Source: Gnetum montanum
Lineage: Eukaryota; Plantae; Gnetophyta
Direction of reading: 5' to 3'
DNA length: 64,000 bases
Assembly (NCBI GenBank): GCA_015680685.1
Contig: MNCI01000825.1
Coordinates: 71,625 to 135,624 of the forward strand
In this document: one piece after another, positions 11,530 to 24,600 of the stretch
How positions within the stretch are numbered: the first letter of the stretch is position 1
Layout: each line of letters starts with the position of its first letter
Made by a program: the position numbers and the translations under genes
The notes under the pieces: model-generated
Databases searched by the model: none
Seen by the model: the letters and a program-made list of their open reading frames with translations, nothing else
Told to the model about the DNA's origin: nothing

Positions 11530-14500
11530 ACCGCTAGCCTGTAATTGTTTCTTGATGGCCTTTACATTGAGTGATGCATAAGGGCGAAGAGATTTATGAC
11601 CTGACTCTTCCACATCATCCTCCTCTCCCTAAAATGGTAGGTTGGCCCAGGCTAGGCTGTCATTGTTCATTTCGACTTGTTCGGGAATTTGGACATGGGT
11701 TTGATCTTCAGACATTTCGATTTCTGAACCCCGTTCTTCCTCGATGTTATTGACAATCCTAGGAGTTATTTCATCACTGTGTATTACTACCTCTCCCCCT
11801 GCATAAGGTAGGTGTATCTCTTGGTGTATTGGTGATGAAACTGCCCTCAGTTGGGCTAGTCAGGACCTCCCTAGAATCAGGTTGAAACCGAGCATCTCCT
11901 CGACAACGATGAATGTGGCGTCTGTTGGGAATTGGTCTCCTACCACAAAATCGATATGCATCGTCCCCTTGACTTGAACTCGTGCCCCATTGAACGACTT
12001 TAGGCACGATGTTGTCGTAGGACTGATCTACTCGACCAGCCCCAACTTATCTACTATAGGATAAGGGATGACATTCGTGGTCGCGCCATCGTCAACGTGC
12101 ACCCTTCAGATCTGATGTTGACCAACCCGGATGGTGATGAACATGGGTTTTTTCATCACTCGACCTTTCTCAGGATCATCTTTGATGAATTCATCATGAA
12201 AGGTCAAAGGGGTTGGTTTAGGTTGCTCAACGGTGGGAGGAAACATGACAGCATGTATCGCTTCCTCTTCCGCTGGTAAGCCTTCATCCATAGGTATGGA
12301 TGTCAGCATACGGACCATAGCCTCACGGTGCTTTTGAGATGTCATAAGTAGGTCATAGAGGCTCAGTGTTGTGTTCTTCTGTTTTAGAGCCTGCTTGACT
12401 TGCGTAAATGCGTCGAGGAGGTCCCGTTCTCGACTGGATTGCTTATCTCCTCTGTCTTCTTCCATTCGCCCTAAGAGATGAATTTCTCGAGGCAGAATAG
12501 CGTCAGTCGGAGAGTTGTGTTTCTTCCTTCCGAGGGGAGGTGGCTGTGTTTCTGTACCCTTGTCCTACCCATAAGGTGCAAGCGAAGGTATAGAGGTTAG
12601 GGGCCTAGGCTTAGCAAAGGCTAGCGTAGAGTGGTTTTTGGTGGTGTTAATTGACACATCTCCTTCCTTTTTTTTATTGGGTGGTGGTTGATGATTTTGG
12701 TTAGAAGCTTGCCCCTGCGTAAAAGGGGTAGCTGGTGGTTTTGGTACCCTAAGGATAAAAGGCACCTTAGGAGTAGGCGCGGGCGTGGCCGCGGCTTTAT
12801 CATTAACGTGAGACCAAGTTATAGCTGGAGAGGGCGTCTGAATAACAAAGGGTGGCCTCGAGACACCGCTAACTGTCGGTGAAGAACTTACCCCCTGGGG
12901 TGAACTGGTAGGTACACGTAAAATGAAGGGTTGTTTAGGCGGTACCTTCCCTTCACTATCTGTACTTACCATGTTGATGGTGTACGGTGTGTTATTTGCA
13001 TTTAATGAGTCTTTGTACACATGCATCGCCTGGTTTTCGGGACGTGTTGGACTACTGCCGTCTAGTTTCAAAGAACCATCATCAATCATGCGTTGAATAT
13101 CGTCCTTCAACGCCCAGCAATAATCGGTATCATGACCACACAACTGATGGTAGTCACAAAAACAGTCCAGCCTAAAAGACTTAGGAACTGGTGGTTCGTT
13201 AGGTAGGGCTAGGGAAGGATTCTTCAGCAATTCACAATGATGCCTGTGACACTACAGAGCTTCCTCAGATACTTTTTTATTCTGAATATATCCTGCACCT
13301 AATAATTTTTTCAATAGTTTCGAATGTTTTATAGGCAGGGCCATATATTTTGAGTGATCTTTACGCTCGAAGTTTGGTTTTGATTATGGAGGTTTTTCAA
13401 GGGCAAGTGTGTCTTAACTGATGCTGCTTGCACTAGTCGTGGTCTCAACAGATGCTATGGGTGCCTTTTTGTTATTCTTGTTTTTAGTGCCATCGGCTAG
13501 CGCAGCTACTATCATCGTCATTGCCTTACCTTTGTCTTTACCCTTATTATTGGCATTTTTATAAGCCGCATACGCTGGGTCTTTGCTAGCCTCAGCAGCA
13601 TCTTGGATGCTCTTGGTTTGTGCGAAAGCTTGACTCAAGGAGCAAGGGGCAAGGTAGTACAGTTTAGACTTGATGAAATCGTTAACTGCTCCTTCGAAAA
13701 TAGCCAACAGATGGGCTTCCGTGATAGGCTCGCGGATTTCATTCAGAGTAACGCTTCATCTCTGTATAAACTTCTAGACTGGTTCAAGTAGGTCTTGTTT
13801 CACTCCCATAAGTTGATCTAATGTGACTTCTAGCTTTAAATTGTACTTAAAATGGGTCACAAATTGTGTTAGGAGCTCTTCCAAGGTTGAGATGGAAGAG
13901 CGGGGGAGTGCTCGATACCAGTCCAAGGCTTTACCTGCCAAAGACATTGCAAAGACACGGATAATTATATGGGGCCATTGTTGTAATAACAAGGACTCAG
14001 ACCTGAAGGTAACAAGATGAGCATTAGGATCTCCTTCTCCATTGTATTTAGTAAAATGGGGCAATGACATTCCTGGAGGCAATGATAGCATAGGAACCAC
14101 TGGGCTGATGGGATCATCATGGTAGAAATCCATGACTTGTATCGTATCAGAGCCAGCAGCTTTAAGGTGCTTAACTTCCTTGGTGAGGGCCTGAATAAGC
14201 GAAGAAGCTTGATCCAGACTTGTTGATGAAGAAGTCGGCGCAGGAGGAGCAGGGGGTTGGACTGAAAGAGCAGTGCCAGGCAATGGGAATGGAGCCATGG
14301 CTTGGCTGACAGGCAGTGCTACAGGGACTATCCCCGTGAATGGAGCTGCTTGTGAAAAGCACCACCCACCAGGTTGAACAGAGAAATTCGCCATCGTCGG
14401 TTGTGTGGGATGGAGATTGTAAGGATATTGTGGTTATCTGCGAGACATGCATGGTAGATATGGCTAAGGGTTGTACACCATATAACGCAGATTGATTATG

Positions 14501-15346
14501 TGTAATAGGCGTGATCCACTGACCGACTGTGGGTTGTTGAACGGATTGCTGCGATTGAACGGTGGTTGCGATCTGTTGCCTTGCAATGGGCTGCAATGAT
14601 AAGGTTTGCACCGGATTTTGCATCGGACAGGTTATAGGCGTGTTATGGAGTTGCACCTGGGGGATGAAATGGGGTGCTGTAGATGCAGGTATGACCAACG
14701 GAATACTAATTACACATGGTGAGGAGACTACTCCCATGTTATTTTGAGATGGAATTTGTACTTGCAGAACCAAGGATTGCGTAGTGGCTTCAGGGATGAT
14801 GGGAATATGGGTTTGGAAGGTCACGGCTGGGTTGAGATGGGCAGCTTCTCCGGTGAGAGAATTAAACAGGGGATTGACATATGTATGGGGGCTAAGGGTA
14901 TGGTATGAATCTGCGTGTTCAGACTAGGCTGTGAATTCATCTTCCTCCTCCTCCCCATTTTGAGGTTCTAGAATAGACCGTGTAGTCTAAGTCCTAGCCA
15001 TAACCAGTTGGGACAGGAGTTCATGATAATGCTCAATCAGGGGGATAATGTCATATGCAGTAGGGGTGAAGTCTTGACCCCCTCTGTGGATCAGCTCATA
15101 ATTTTGTTTTGCCTCCATCTCGGCTTGACTAACTGCAAGTTTTGCCTGGATCTTGACGCAAATGAAATTGTACTCTTCAGGATTCACGATGGTGTGCGAA
15201 GGATCCTTGCCCTGTAATCTCAACGAATGACGTGATGGTCCCTGATGTCCTATTGCACTGGAAGCTGGTCCAGGAATGGGATTTACGGATGTGGCACCCG
15301 AGTCAATGGTGATCATAGCGGCAATGGTTGCATATGTAGAATCCAT
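11530..15346 (-). pseudogene. gag: gag-protease of the Tat element
   Basis: KYNGEGDPNAHL...FAMSLAGKALDWY (retrotransposon gag); CDYHQLCGHDTDYC knuckle; protease VHVDDGATTNVIP (Asp codon 12093-12091) and LILGRS. One frame from 14394 to ~11530 broken by nonsense codons; frameshift near 14400. Confidence 0.88.
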
Positions 15347-15573
15347 CTCTCAGATAGGTCAACGACAACAAACGACTAGATTTAAAAGGCAATGGCCAAA
15401 TAGAATTACGATTAGGCTTTTTACCCTGTAGAATTCCAAAGGAATCATTGCTGTGACCAATCTACACCACACGATTTCGTAAACTTCCCTAGAGGTATTA
15501 CGTTTACGTTTTTGTGGACGCGGGTATGGATTTCTTATAGGGCCACCCGTAAAATACGGATTGGAGGTTCAGG

Positions 15574-15590
15574 CCCTCCTTTTAGTGCCA
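15574..15590 (-). other. Primer binding site of the Tat element
   Basis: Minus strand ...GTTACA gttttc TGGCACTAAAAGGAGGG, close to the TGGCGCTAGAAGGAGGG-type PBS of Tat elements. Confidence 0.75.
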
Positions 15591-15596
15591 GAAAAC

Positions 15597-17140
15597 TGTA
15601 ACAAAGAAAAATGTTGGTTGTTGGAAAATATCGAATGAAGATCTGTGTACACAGTCTTAACCACGGATCCGTGCGAGGGCCGTGCTGGAGAAAACGAATC
15701 CGCAGTGCCCTGAATGATCTTGTCGATTAGACAGGGACTTACTTAACTAGTAAATTAACGAATGTCGCGATAATATACGTATTATATAGATATTCCATGA
15801 AGCAAATCGATCCAATGAATCGTAAAAGGAGTAGAAAATGATGTAAATAAATTGAAATAACAACAATGTCAATGCGACAAGGAGGATCAGATTTAGGAAA
15901 GATACGTAATTCCAAGATCTATGTTTTGACTCGAAGACTGAGTATATTGTATACAAAGTTCCAATAGCAAAATCTACTTATCTTGTGTGAAGCATACACA
16001 AAACATTAAGAAAACTGTTCAACAAGGAACACAGAATGAAGCTCGGTCTACCTCATAAGCTAGAGATGGAATGCAAGGAAGGTCAAGCCTAGATGTCTAT
16101 CGATCAACTGTTTCTGATCAATAAACCTTGCTAACCATACCAGATGATCTCTCGATCTCTGATCTGCTCCTTTTGTCTTCGGTAGTCTTTGCTCTAAAGC
16201 TGCTAACGATCGCTCCTACTGCCAATGCTCAAAAATGTCTTCTGTCTCTGCCAAAAAGGTGATCCCCATTCTTTCTTCACCAATTGGAGTATTTATAGGT
16301 TCAACAGTACGTGGAGAAGGCACGGCCTTGATGCCACGTGTCTCAAACTTTCAAAATGTCATTGACTTGGCAAATTTTATGTTAAAACTGATCATGTCGC
16401 ATCACGTTTTTGGAAAAGGGGGCAAAGTATGCTGTCAACCACTCCTGCTGAAGCTGCCTCACGGTTACGCTGCGATGCGCTGATGAGCGTATTGTGCGTA
16501 TGGAGAGCAAGTGCGTGTCTGGTACTGCCTTAGTTGACTTTAGGCCGTATTACGCTCGTTTACACTACGTAGCATGGCAGAGCGTAATAGAGCATAGAAG
16601 TATTTAACTCAAGCTATTTTACGCTCTATTTACGCCGCAAAGCATAATAGAGTGTAAAAATGGTCAACTTTACAATAAGTTATGCTTGCTTACTCTGCGT
16701 AGCGTAATAAGCGTAAAGCGACCATTCTGCAAAAAAAGAAGAAATCAATCTACCGTGCTTCTTTGGACTCTGACTTTGACTTCCTCGAAGCTCATTACGC
16801 TGCTCTGCGTAACGGAGCGTAAACTCAGCCCTGAACAAAAATACTTAGAGGGATGTGCGATAAGTCTTAGACTTTAAACCTTGTCGAATTCGCCGAAGTA
16901 AGTTACTTTCTGATATTGGGCTACATTAAGTAGAGTTACGCCGAACATCATTACACTATGTTGCATAATGTAGCGTAAAGAGAGAAAAAAAAGTAAGTAA
17001 GGTTGGAATCTGTAAGAAATTTGGAGACTTGATGCTGCACGCCTCTTTGCCTTGTTCTGTCTTCAGAATTTCTGTCGCAAACTTTCGCCTGAATCGTGAA
17101 TCTTCGCCCTAGGCCGATTCGCGATTTTCATGGTGTTTCA
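15597..17140 (-). repeat. Full-length 5' LTR (~1.54 kb) of the Tat element
   Basis: TG...CA ends on the minus strand (17140 TGAAAC, 15597 ...TTACA), followed by the PBS; contains a TATA box; the distal 630 bp match the left copy. Confidence 0.8.
16290..16298 (-). promoter_or_regulatory. TATA box in the 5' LTR
   Basis: CTATAAATA on the minus strand, oriented toward the PBS and gag. Confidence 0.6.
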
Positions 17141-18604
17141 AATGTCAAGCAAGGTAAAAAACCTTTAGTACTTCATAGTCCTTCTAAACTATTTTAGCCA
17201 TTTTACACTATAGAAAAAGTTTGATTCAAAATTTTTTATGGTAAAATAAGGAAAATATCAAAAGTTTTCCATCATTAGTGACGAACAATAGTGTTTTCAC
17301 TATAACATAAGAAGGAAATAATAATAATAATAAGCCTACATCTATGCAATGTTGTGTTGATATCTGTACTAATAAAATTTAGTACCTGATGTTAGCTATG
17401 TTGTCAAAGAAATTTGAGACATGATGCTAGTGCAAAAGGTTAAATTAAGGTGTGTGTTGTATCATAATAATAGTGATAGTCAATAGTTCTTATTGATTAT
17501 TTGTAATGAATAATAAAATATGATTATTTATACTTATAATGTTATAGTTATGACATCATAGACGTAACATCACGACCTTTGATATAAAGTTGTAGTTTTA
17601 ATAAATGCCTATAAATATAGTTCAGCTACCACATTTATGATATTGTTTGATTAATAGGTAGCAAAACTCTATTATTTTGATTTTTTATTACTTGTAGTAG
17701 TCAGTGAGTAATGAAAGCATGGTTTCAAGTTCATTAAACATCTTTATTCAACTAGAATATACCTAGACATGTTCCATGACTAGTAATAAAGACCAAGATT
17801 GATTCCCTTTCATTGCAACACTTTAAGTTAGATTAAATTCACTTTTTCTTGTTATTTACTTTCTAATGCAACATAGTTTAATATTTATGATTCCTATACA
17901 TATTAATCACATGGTAGAATAATCATAACCTAGATTTAAGTATAACGTATATTCGTTTGATAATCCTAGTAGAAAATACACTAGTTTAGGGTATGCATGA
18001 TAGATTCAGACCCACACACTCATAGCCTTAGGCTAGGATAGAATTTAATTTCATTTCTATTTTAAGTAATTAATTAAGTAATGTCTATATTTTAAATTAG
18101 TTTTATTAATGGCTATTATAATATCAAATATGATGTGCATAAGCTATACTTAACCATACAAGTTAAGAGCCACTATGAGTATAGCTAGGAAGATAGTAAC
18201 CTATGATTTTTGATAAACTAACTAGATACCATGCTAGCTTCATCCATAGATTACAACATAGTGTACCATGACATTTGTAGATTGTATGGTTACCCATTAG
18301 GCATATATGTCACTCATCACCTACTGTGATTGTCATAGCTTGTGCTAATGATTGAATATATTATAAACGATAGTTGTAAAATCTTTAACAATTTATCGTA
18401 TAGAGTATTTGATGTTATAAGTCACATATACATATTGCTAATTGAACTACAGCTTCTTCACAAGGGTAATAGTTCACTACATGATGAGAACACTAGCAAG
18501 GGTCATAACAGGATCCATATTGAAGAAAATTAAATTGGACCATTACAAGCTAGGATCTCATATGCTTATTTACATCCTGACTTTCCTAATTTTACCTTGA
18601 TCTT

Positions 18605-21600
18605 TGATGAATCATCAGTTGGATGAGATATCATAGATGCTATGCTGTAAATGCTACATCGCATATGTGTTGTAGCATCCTTGTCGATGTGTCTCAATTG
18701 GCTCCTATGTTGTAGATGCTACATTACATCTACAATGTCATAGATGTGATGTCGCATCTATTTGATATAGTTAATTTTTCTTCACCTATGATATCATAAC
18801 TATGGTATCAGTTCTATAATGTCGTATATATGATGTCATAGTGCTATGAAATCATAAATCCAATATTGTGAGATGTGTGTAGCCTATAAATACAACACTT
18901 AGGCACACATATTTGCATAACTTTTCATTCCAACCTTAGGTAGACTCTTGCAATTTCATTTTGTAGTTTTAGCGATAGAGTTAATGCCCATAGTGTGGTG
19001 TTAAGAAGCCATATAGAATCTTTATTTGAGTGAAGTGTACTTGGACATAATTCATGTCTTGAAAAAAATATCGAGATTAATTTTCCTCATTGTAGCATTC
19101 ACTTAGCTTTACTATTTTACTTAGCAAAACTTTTACTATTTTCTTAGTGTAATCATTTACATTTCCAAGTATTTTACTTTACTTGTTCATTAGTAACATG
19201 GAATGAGTATGACTAGTTTCAAGTGTTTAAGTGAAATCATTTGGTAATCCTAGTAGTGTTATAGCTTGATTCGCCTAGTAGCATAACATTTGGTAACCTA
19301 ATAACATTTACATCAACCTAAGGCATGTATAATAAGCTAGGACCAGATACTCATCACTCTAGGTTAGAGTAGAATTACATTACCATCATTACTTAGATTT
19401 AGATTTCTATTCTTGAATTTCATCATATTTACAACTAGAAATGTTAAAGGCCAAATAACATAAATTATCATATGTCTCACTTTGGACTAAACCATGTGTG
19501 ACAAAGCTACCACTAGTCCAAGTGGTTAGATAGCATCCTACAATCAATTCTTAACAATCTAAATGTCACAACTAGTCCCATCCATGGAATTCGACCAGAT
19601 CGTGCATGAACGCTTGTGATTCGTATGGTTGGGCGTAGGGGTACCTACTACTCATCATTAACGTCATTGCCAGGGATGGTGCTAGTTACCTAGATTAGTT
19701 ATATTATACTCAATCACTATAAAGGCATTAACGATTTATCTCTTAGAAACTATTAATATTTTAAGTCACACATGTTATCATGTAAAACCATGTTTTCTTC
19801 ACATAGGACCAATAAGAAATCATATGATGAAAACACTAGTAGGAGAAATGATAAGATATATATAGAAGAAATTTGGAGTAAACAACAACAACGAGGGATT
19901 TTGTATGCTCATTTAGACCCTTTCTACACTCAAAGACTACGTTCAACTAATGCAGATAATCCTAGAGGATATGGATTATGTCCTAGAACAAGAAGGGCTT
20001 CAAGGCCTAATACCTTCTCCAACCCTAGAAGAGATAAATCAAGGGACCATGGGGGGAGATATAGTAGCCATGGTGATTCTCCCAGTTCCTCATCTTCCTC
20101 TTCCTCTTCAACATCTAGTTCTGACAAGGATGAATGTAGATATAGAAATAGAGATACACTAAGGGGTTAACATGAAGATAGAAGTAGAAATAGATGAGAT
20201 CATCAAAGTGAGCATAGACAAGATCATCATAATCAAACAAATAGAAATAGAAATCATCACCATGACATGTTTGATGATGATGCACCCTTGTTGGCTATTA
20301 GGATCATGACGCAAATAACAAAGGTAGTTAGGATACCTCACAAGCACCAAAGGAAAAGTCACATCAAAAGGATTGATATGAATAACATCCCTAAATTTGC
20401 AGGAGGCTAAAACTCTAATCCACAACATCACTTAAAAGTCTTCCATGATTCCTGTGCCTTGCAGAACATCCAGAGTGAGTAGAAAAAGCTTAAGCTCTTT
20501 CCTAAGACACTAGTTGACGAAGCTAAAAGTTGGTATAGATTGTTGGAACCAAATTCAATCCATTGATGGTTCACAATTCTGGAACTCTTCAATGAGAAAT
20601 ACCAAACCCATGTGAGGGTGTCCAACCTGAGAAAAAAAATCCAAGGATGGAGGCAAGAAAAACATGAATCCTTAGATGTGTCCTTGAATAGATACTATTT
20701 GCTACTACATAGATGTTTAGGCCATGATTTCTCTCAAAAAGAGCAAATTTTTCATATCATAGATGGGCTTCATAACCAAACTAGAGAGACCCTTGGGATT
20801 TATGCCCATGGTCAATCATTAGAATTGAAAGCCCATCAAATACAAAGGCTAGTTGAGAAAGTGGCAAAAGAAGAAGAAGATTTATGTAAAAGAGAGAATG
20901 TAGAGAAATATAACAAGGATCCAACTCTTCAAAAGAAGGGAGTCCATATCTATGATAAGGAAAAAGAGGCAACTCTTAATGAGGTGATTTCACAACAAAC
21001 CTTGACAATACAAAAGTCTATCGCTGAATTGAAGTAAGGATAGATAGGATGTGGGAGTTGATAAATGACAAAGTTACGACCTACGTGAAAACCATAGAGG
21101 AGAGGGTAATGCAAAAAGGATCGAGTGATCAAAACAAGAAGAGGGAAAAGAAAAAAGAAACAAGTAGGAACACTTATTGGAAAAAGTGGAAAACAGTTGT
21201 AGTAGAAGAGGCTATAGACTTAACCACAGAAGAGGATGATGAATGTGACATCTATCAATATGACCATTTAAAGGACTATTGCCTAGTTATGTTACATCTA
21301 CAAAAGTTTGGGAATTTTTCTTTGAATTCCAAGTTCATACAAAAGCAAATGCCTAGGAAATTACCTTACTTACAAGGTAATTATAGACAGTCCTACAACC
21401 AACCATACTATTCTAGTGGGACTTCTTATCAACCTCAAAACTATTATCGCTCAAAGTGGCAAAACCCATAGTCATGAGGGATGCTATCAACAAACCATAA
21501 ATACCCTTATTACTAGCTGGACCCATATTACTACTATGTTCAACAACCTGTTTCTCCAAATGGTTCTACTTCCTTTACCTCCAATCACTACTATCACTCT

Positions 21601-24600
21601 CCTGAATATCAACCCACAGCATCTCCTGTGGGATCATCATCTTGCACCTCTTATCCTCCACGACATCCTCGATATTCTCATACTTCCATCTACCATATAT
21701 CACCACCAACAACATAAGAAGGATTGGTACCACAACATCAATGGAAAAATGTAACTTATGCTACACACATATATGTAAATGATAATGCTAGTAGATCTCA
21801 ACCATAGTCTCAGAATGATCCTTTCTTAGGACATTTTCCACACATGAGCATAAAACTCATAGACGTACTAGCTCATTAAAACCAACACAAGGCCAATCTA
21901 GTGCAACATCCTTCCTTACCAAAACAATGTCTCCCAATCCTACGCAAGAGCCAATATCCATTACCACTCCAATGAAAAACATAATAGATGAATCTATCAC
22001 TATGGAGAGACAAAAAATTCCATGAATCACTAATAATAATAAAGGATGTAGTTGTGGGCTAAAAGTTCAAAATCTTAACACAATCCCTATACCAACCCAC
22101 AACAGATGTGAAAAACAAGTGTGTGGACAAATGGAAGCATGGTCCACTAAACCAAAGGACACCCAATGATCACAAACTAAGAACTTAAAAGTGTCTAAAA
22201 CATACATTGAAGTATCTAAATCACTTATTAACTCCTATTCTAAGAAAATGAGCCCAACTAAGAGCTCACAAATGGAAATATTAAATTATAATCATACATC
22301 AGAAAATAGAGGAAATGAAGACTTAGATGATCAAGATTCAATTACCATCAAGATTACTTAGAACAATAACAGAAAGACTAAATCACTAAGAATGGTAAGT
22401 GAGCAACCTAGAGTGTATGATCTAGGGAATCTAGGGTACATTCTCCAAACACTCACCCATGCATTCAGTCATAGGGAGAGGCATTATCCTAACTTAGGAA
22501 TTAATAAGTACTTTTAACCTTTTGTTTTTTGCTTTTTTATGGTTTATGATTTTTTGTTATACCTTTTTCTTTTCTTAATACTTTTTCACATTATTTAATA
22601 TCTTCTCATTCTTTTATACTTTTTCATTTCTTAAACTTTTAATATTCTTTGATATTTTCTAATTCTTTGATAATTTTTCATTTTTTATCTTTTTAATTCT
22701 TGATATCTTTTCTAATTTGTAGTATTTTTTCTTCACTTTACTTGTAAATATTCTTGTCAATTTCAATAAAACACATCAAATAAGGCAATATGTAGTTCCA
22801 ATAAGGTGAATATTTTTCTATACTATCAATCATAAGGGACTAGTTATCTATATAATGAGACTACATAATCCATCCACCCATTCCAATAATAAGAGGTTCT
22901 TACCATGGCCATAATGATATTCTTCTCATTATAAAACTAAGGAAAAATTTCTAATCATTATGCTTGAACTCAAGAGTGAAGAACCAAGTGGGAATGCAAA
23001 GGATGTGACATCAAAGGGTTTTATGGATTCTTTTGGATTTCTACTGTGATTTCTATCCTATTGCTTAGGTTGTATTATATCCTTGTATATCTAACAAAAA
23101 ATGGGAGTAAGAGTACAATAAGTGTTTCCTTACCATGTCACTTGAAAGACATGTTACCCATTCCTGAAGGTAGTTCTCTAGTAAGGTTGACATAGTCAAA
23201 AATAAAATCCATGCACAAGAATAAAGTTATGGCAGTCCCACTAGACAGACATGTTACCCATGCCTGAAAGTACATAGCTTCTCATGAATCTAAAAAAATA
23301 AAACATGCAATGAATAACTTCCTCCCTTGGACAATATGTCAAGTGGTAATACTCTTTGCAATAGTGGTAGTCTTATGGTTGTAAATCCAAGAGATGAAAT
23401 AATGCAAGGTCATTGGAAAGTGGTTTAAACTTGGTTTGAATCTTGGAAAGAAGGGCCAATGATTACTTTAACCATTAAAAACACACAAGGATTCATTATG
23501 CCTATGGTAAGATACCTCACATTCCAAATTCAGCAATTCCTTCTCTAGCCCATCCCACCTCACTATATATTTAATCATAACTTGTGATTTTGTATAATAT
23601 AGCATTACTTTTCCAATCTAGAAATACTAACATGTGTGTTTTGCTAGACAAGTATGTTTTACATTCAACTCATTGAGTGCCTAAGGACATTTTAGGCATG
23701 GTTATACAAGGGCACTAAGGGTTGAAGCCTAATTTGGGAAGGGCCCACTTATATAACTCTTGTATTTCATACTTGCCAAGCAATTGCACATCATCTTGTG
23801 CCTTCCAAAACATCTATTAAACTTCTCATGTCATCTAATAATCTGTCCATACATTTGAAATTCATTATCCAATTCTTATCCATACCATAAACTTCTATTG
23901 CCCGAGATTCCTTCTTTATGAACTTTGAATACCAAATTTTTGAAAATTGTGCATCATTAATGACCCAAGTTCCCCTAAAGCTTCACATATTTCAAACATT
24001 CCATTTGACTCATTCTTTCAAAGAAAAAATCAATGAAAAATTTGAAATCTTTTAATAATTACATTGTAGCTACAATGTTGTAGGTACCTACAATGTATGA
24101 TCTACGATGTCACACATATAAAAATACTATATACACACACAGGAGTTACTGAAATTTTTCACTTTCTCATTTTCCAATAAGAGAGCTTTTGTAGTTTTTT
24201 CTTTTCAAAACTCTTGCACACTAACTTCCAAAGGCCATAACTTCACCCTCATAACTCCAATTATTAAATCCTATTAATCATGGAGCACTCAACTTAGTCA
24301 TGTGGGGGGTGGGGGGTGGGGGGGGGTGTGAACATGTGCATTACGCGATATAAGCAAAAATTTGAAAATTTAAGCCAAAAATTCTTAATGCCAAAATATA
24401 TTATAAAGGATAAGTACAAAGAAATAATAAGAATCTTAACATTAATCAATCAAACTAAGTCTAGAAAGATTTAAATAGTACTTCTAATAGACCATATCAA
24501 CTATTTTAGGCCATAAGCAACTATAAGATACAACACCTAAGGGGTTTCTTTTTTGCAAATTTTTCTTACTTTGCAATCATAATGTGATAAGAACTTGATC

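Larger units (their letters stand above)
1111..17140 (-). mobile_element. Ty3/gypsy LTR retrotransposon, Tat group (Ogre/Retand-like RT-RH-aRH-INT order), decayed, 3' LTR truncated
   Basis: 630-bp direct repeats 1111-1740 and 16511-17140 (about 46 mismatches by hand count, mostly transitions, no indels); PBS at 15574-15590; PPT at 1741-1753; minus-strand gag, CxYHxxxGHxTxxC knuckle, protease, RT, RNase H, archaeal-type RNase H and integrase motifs. Confidence 0.93.
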
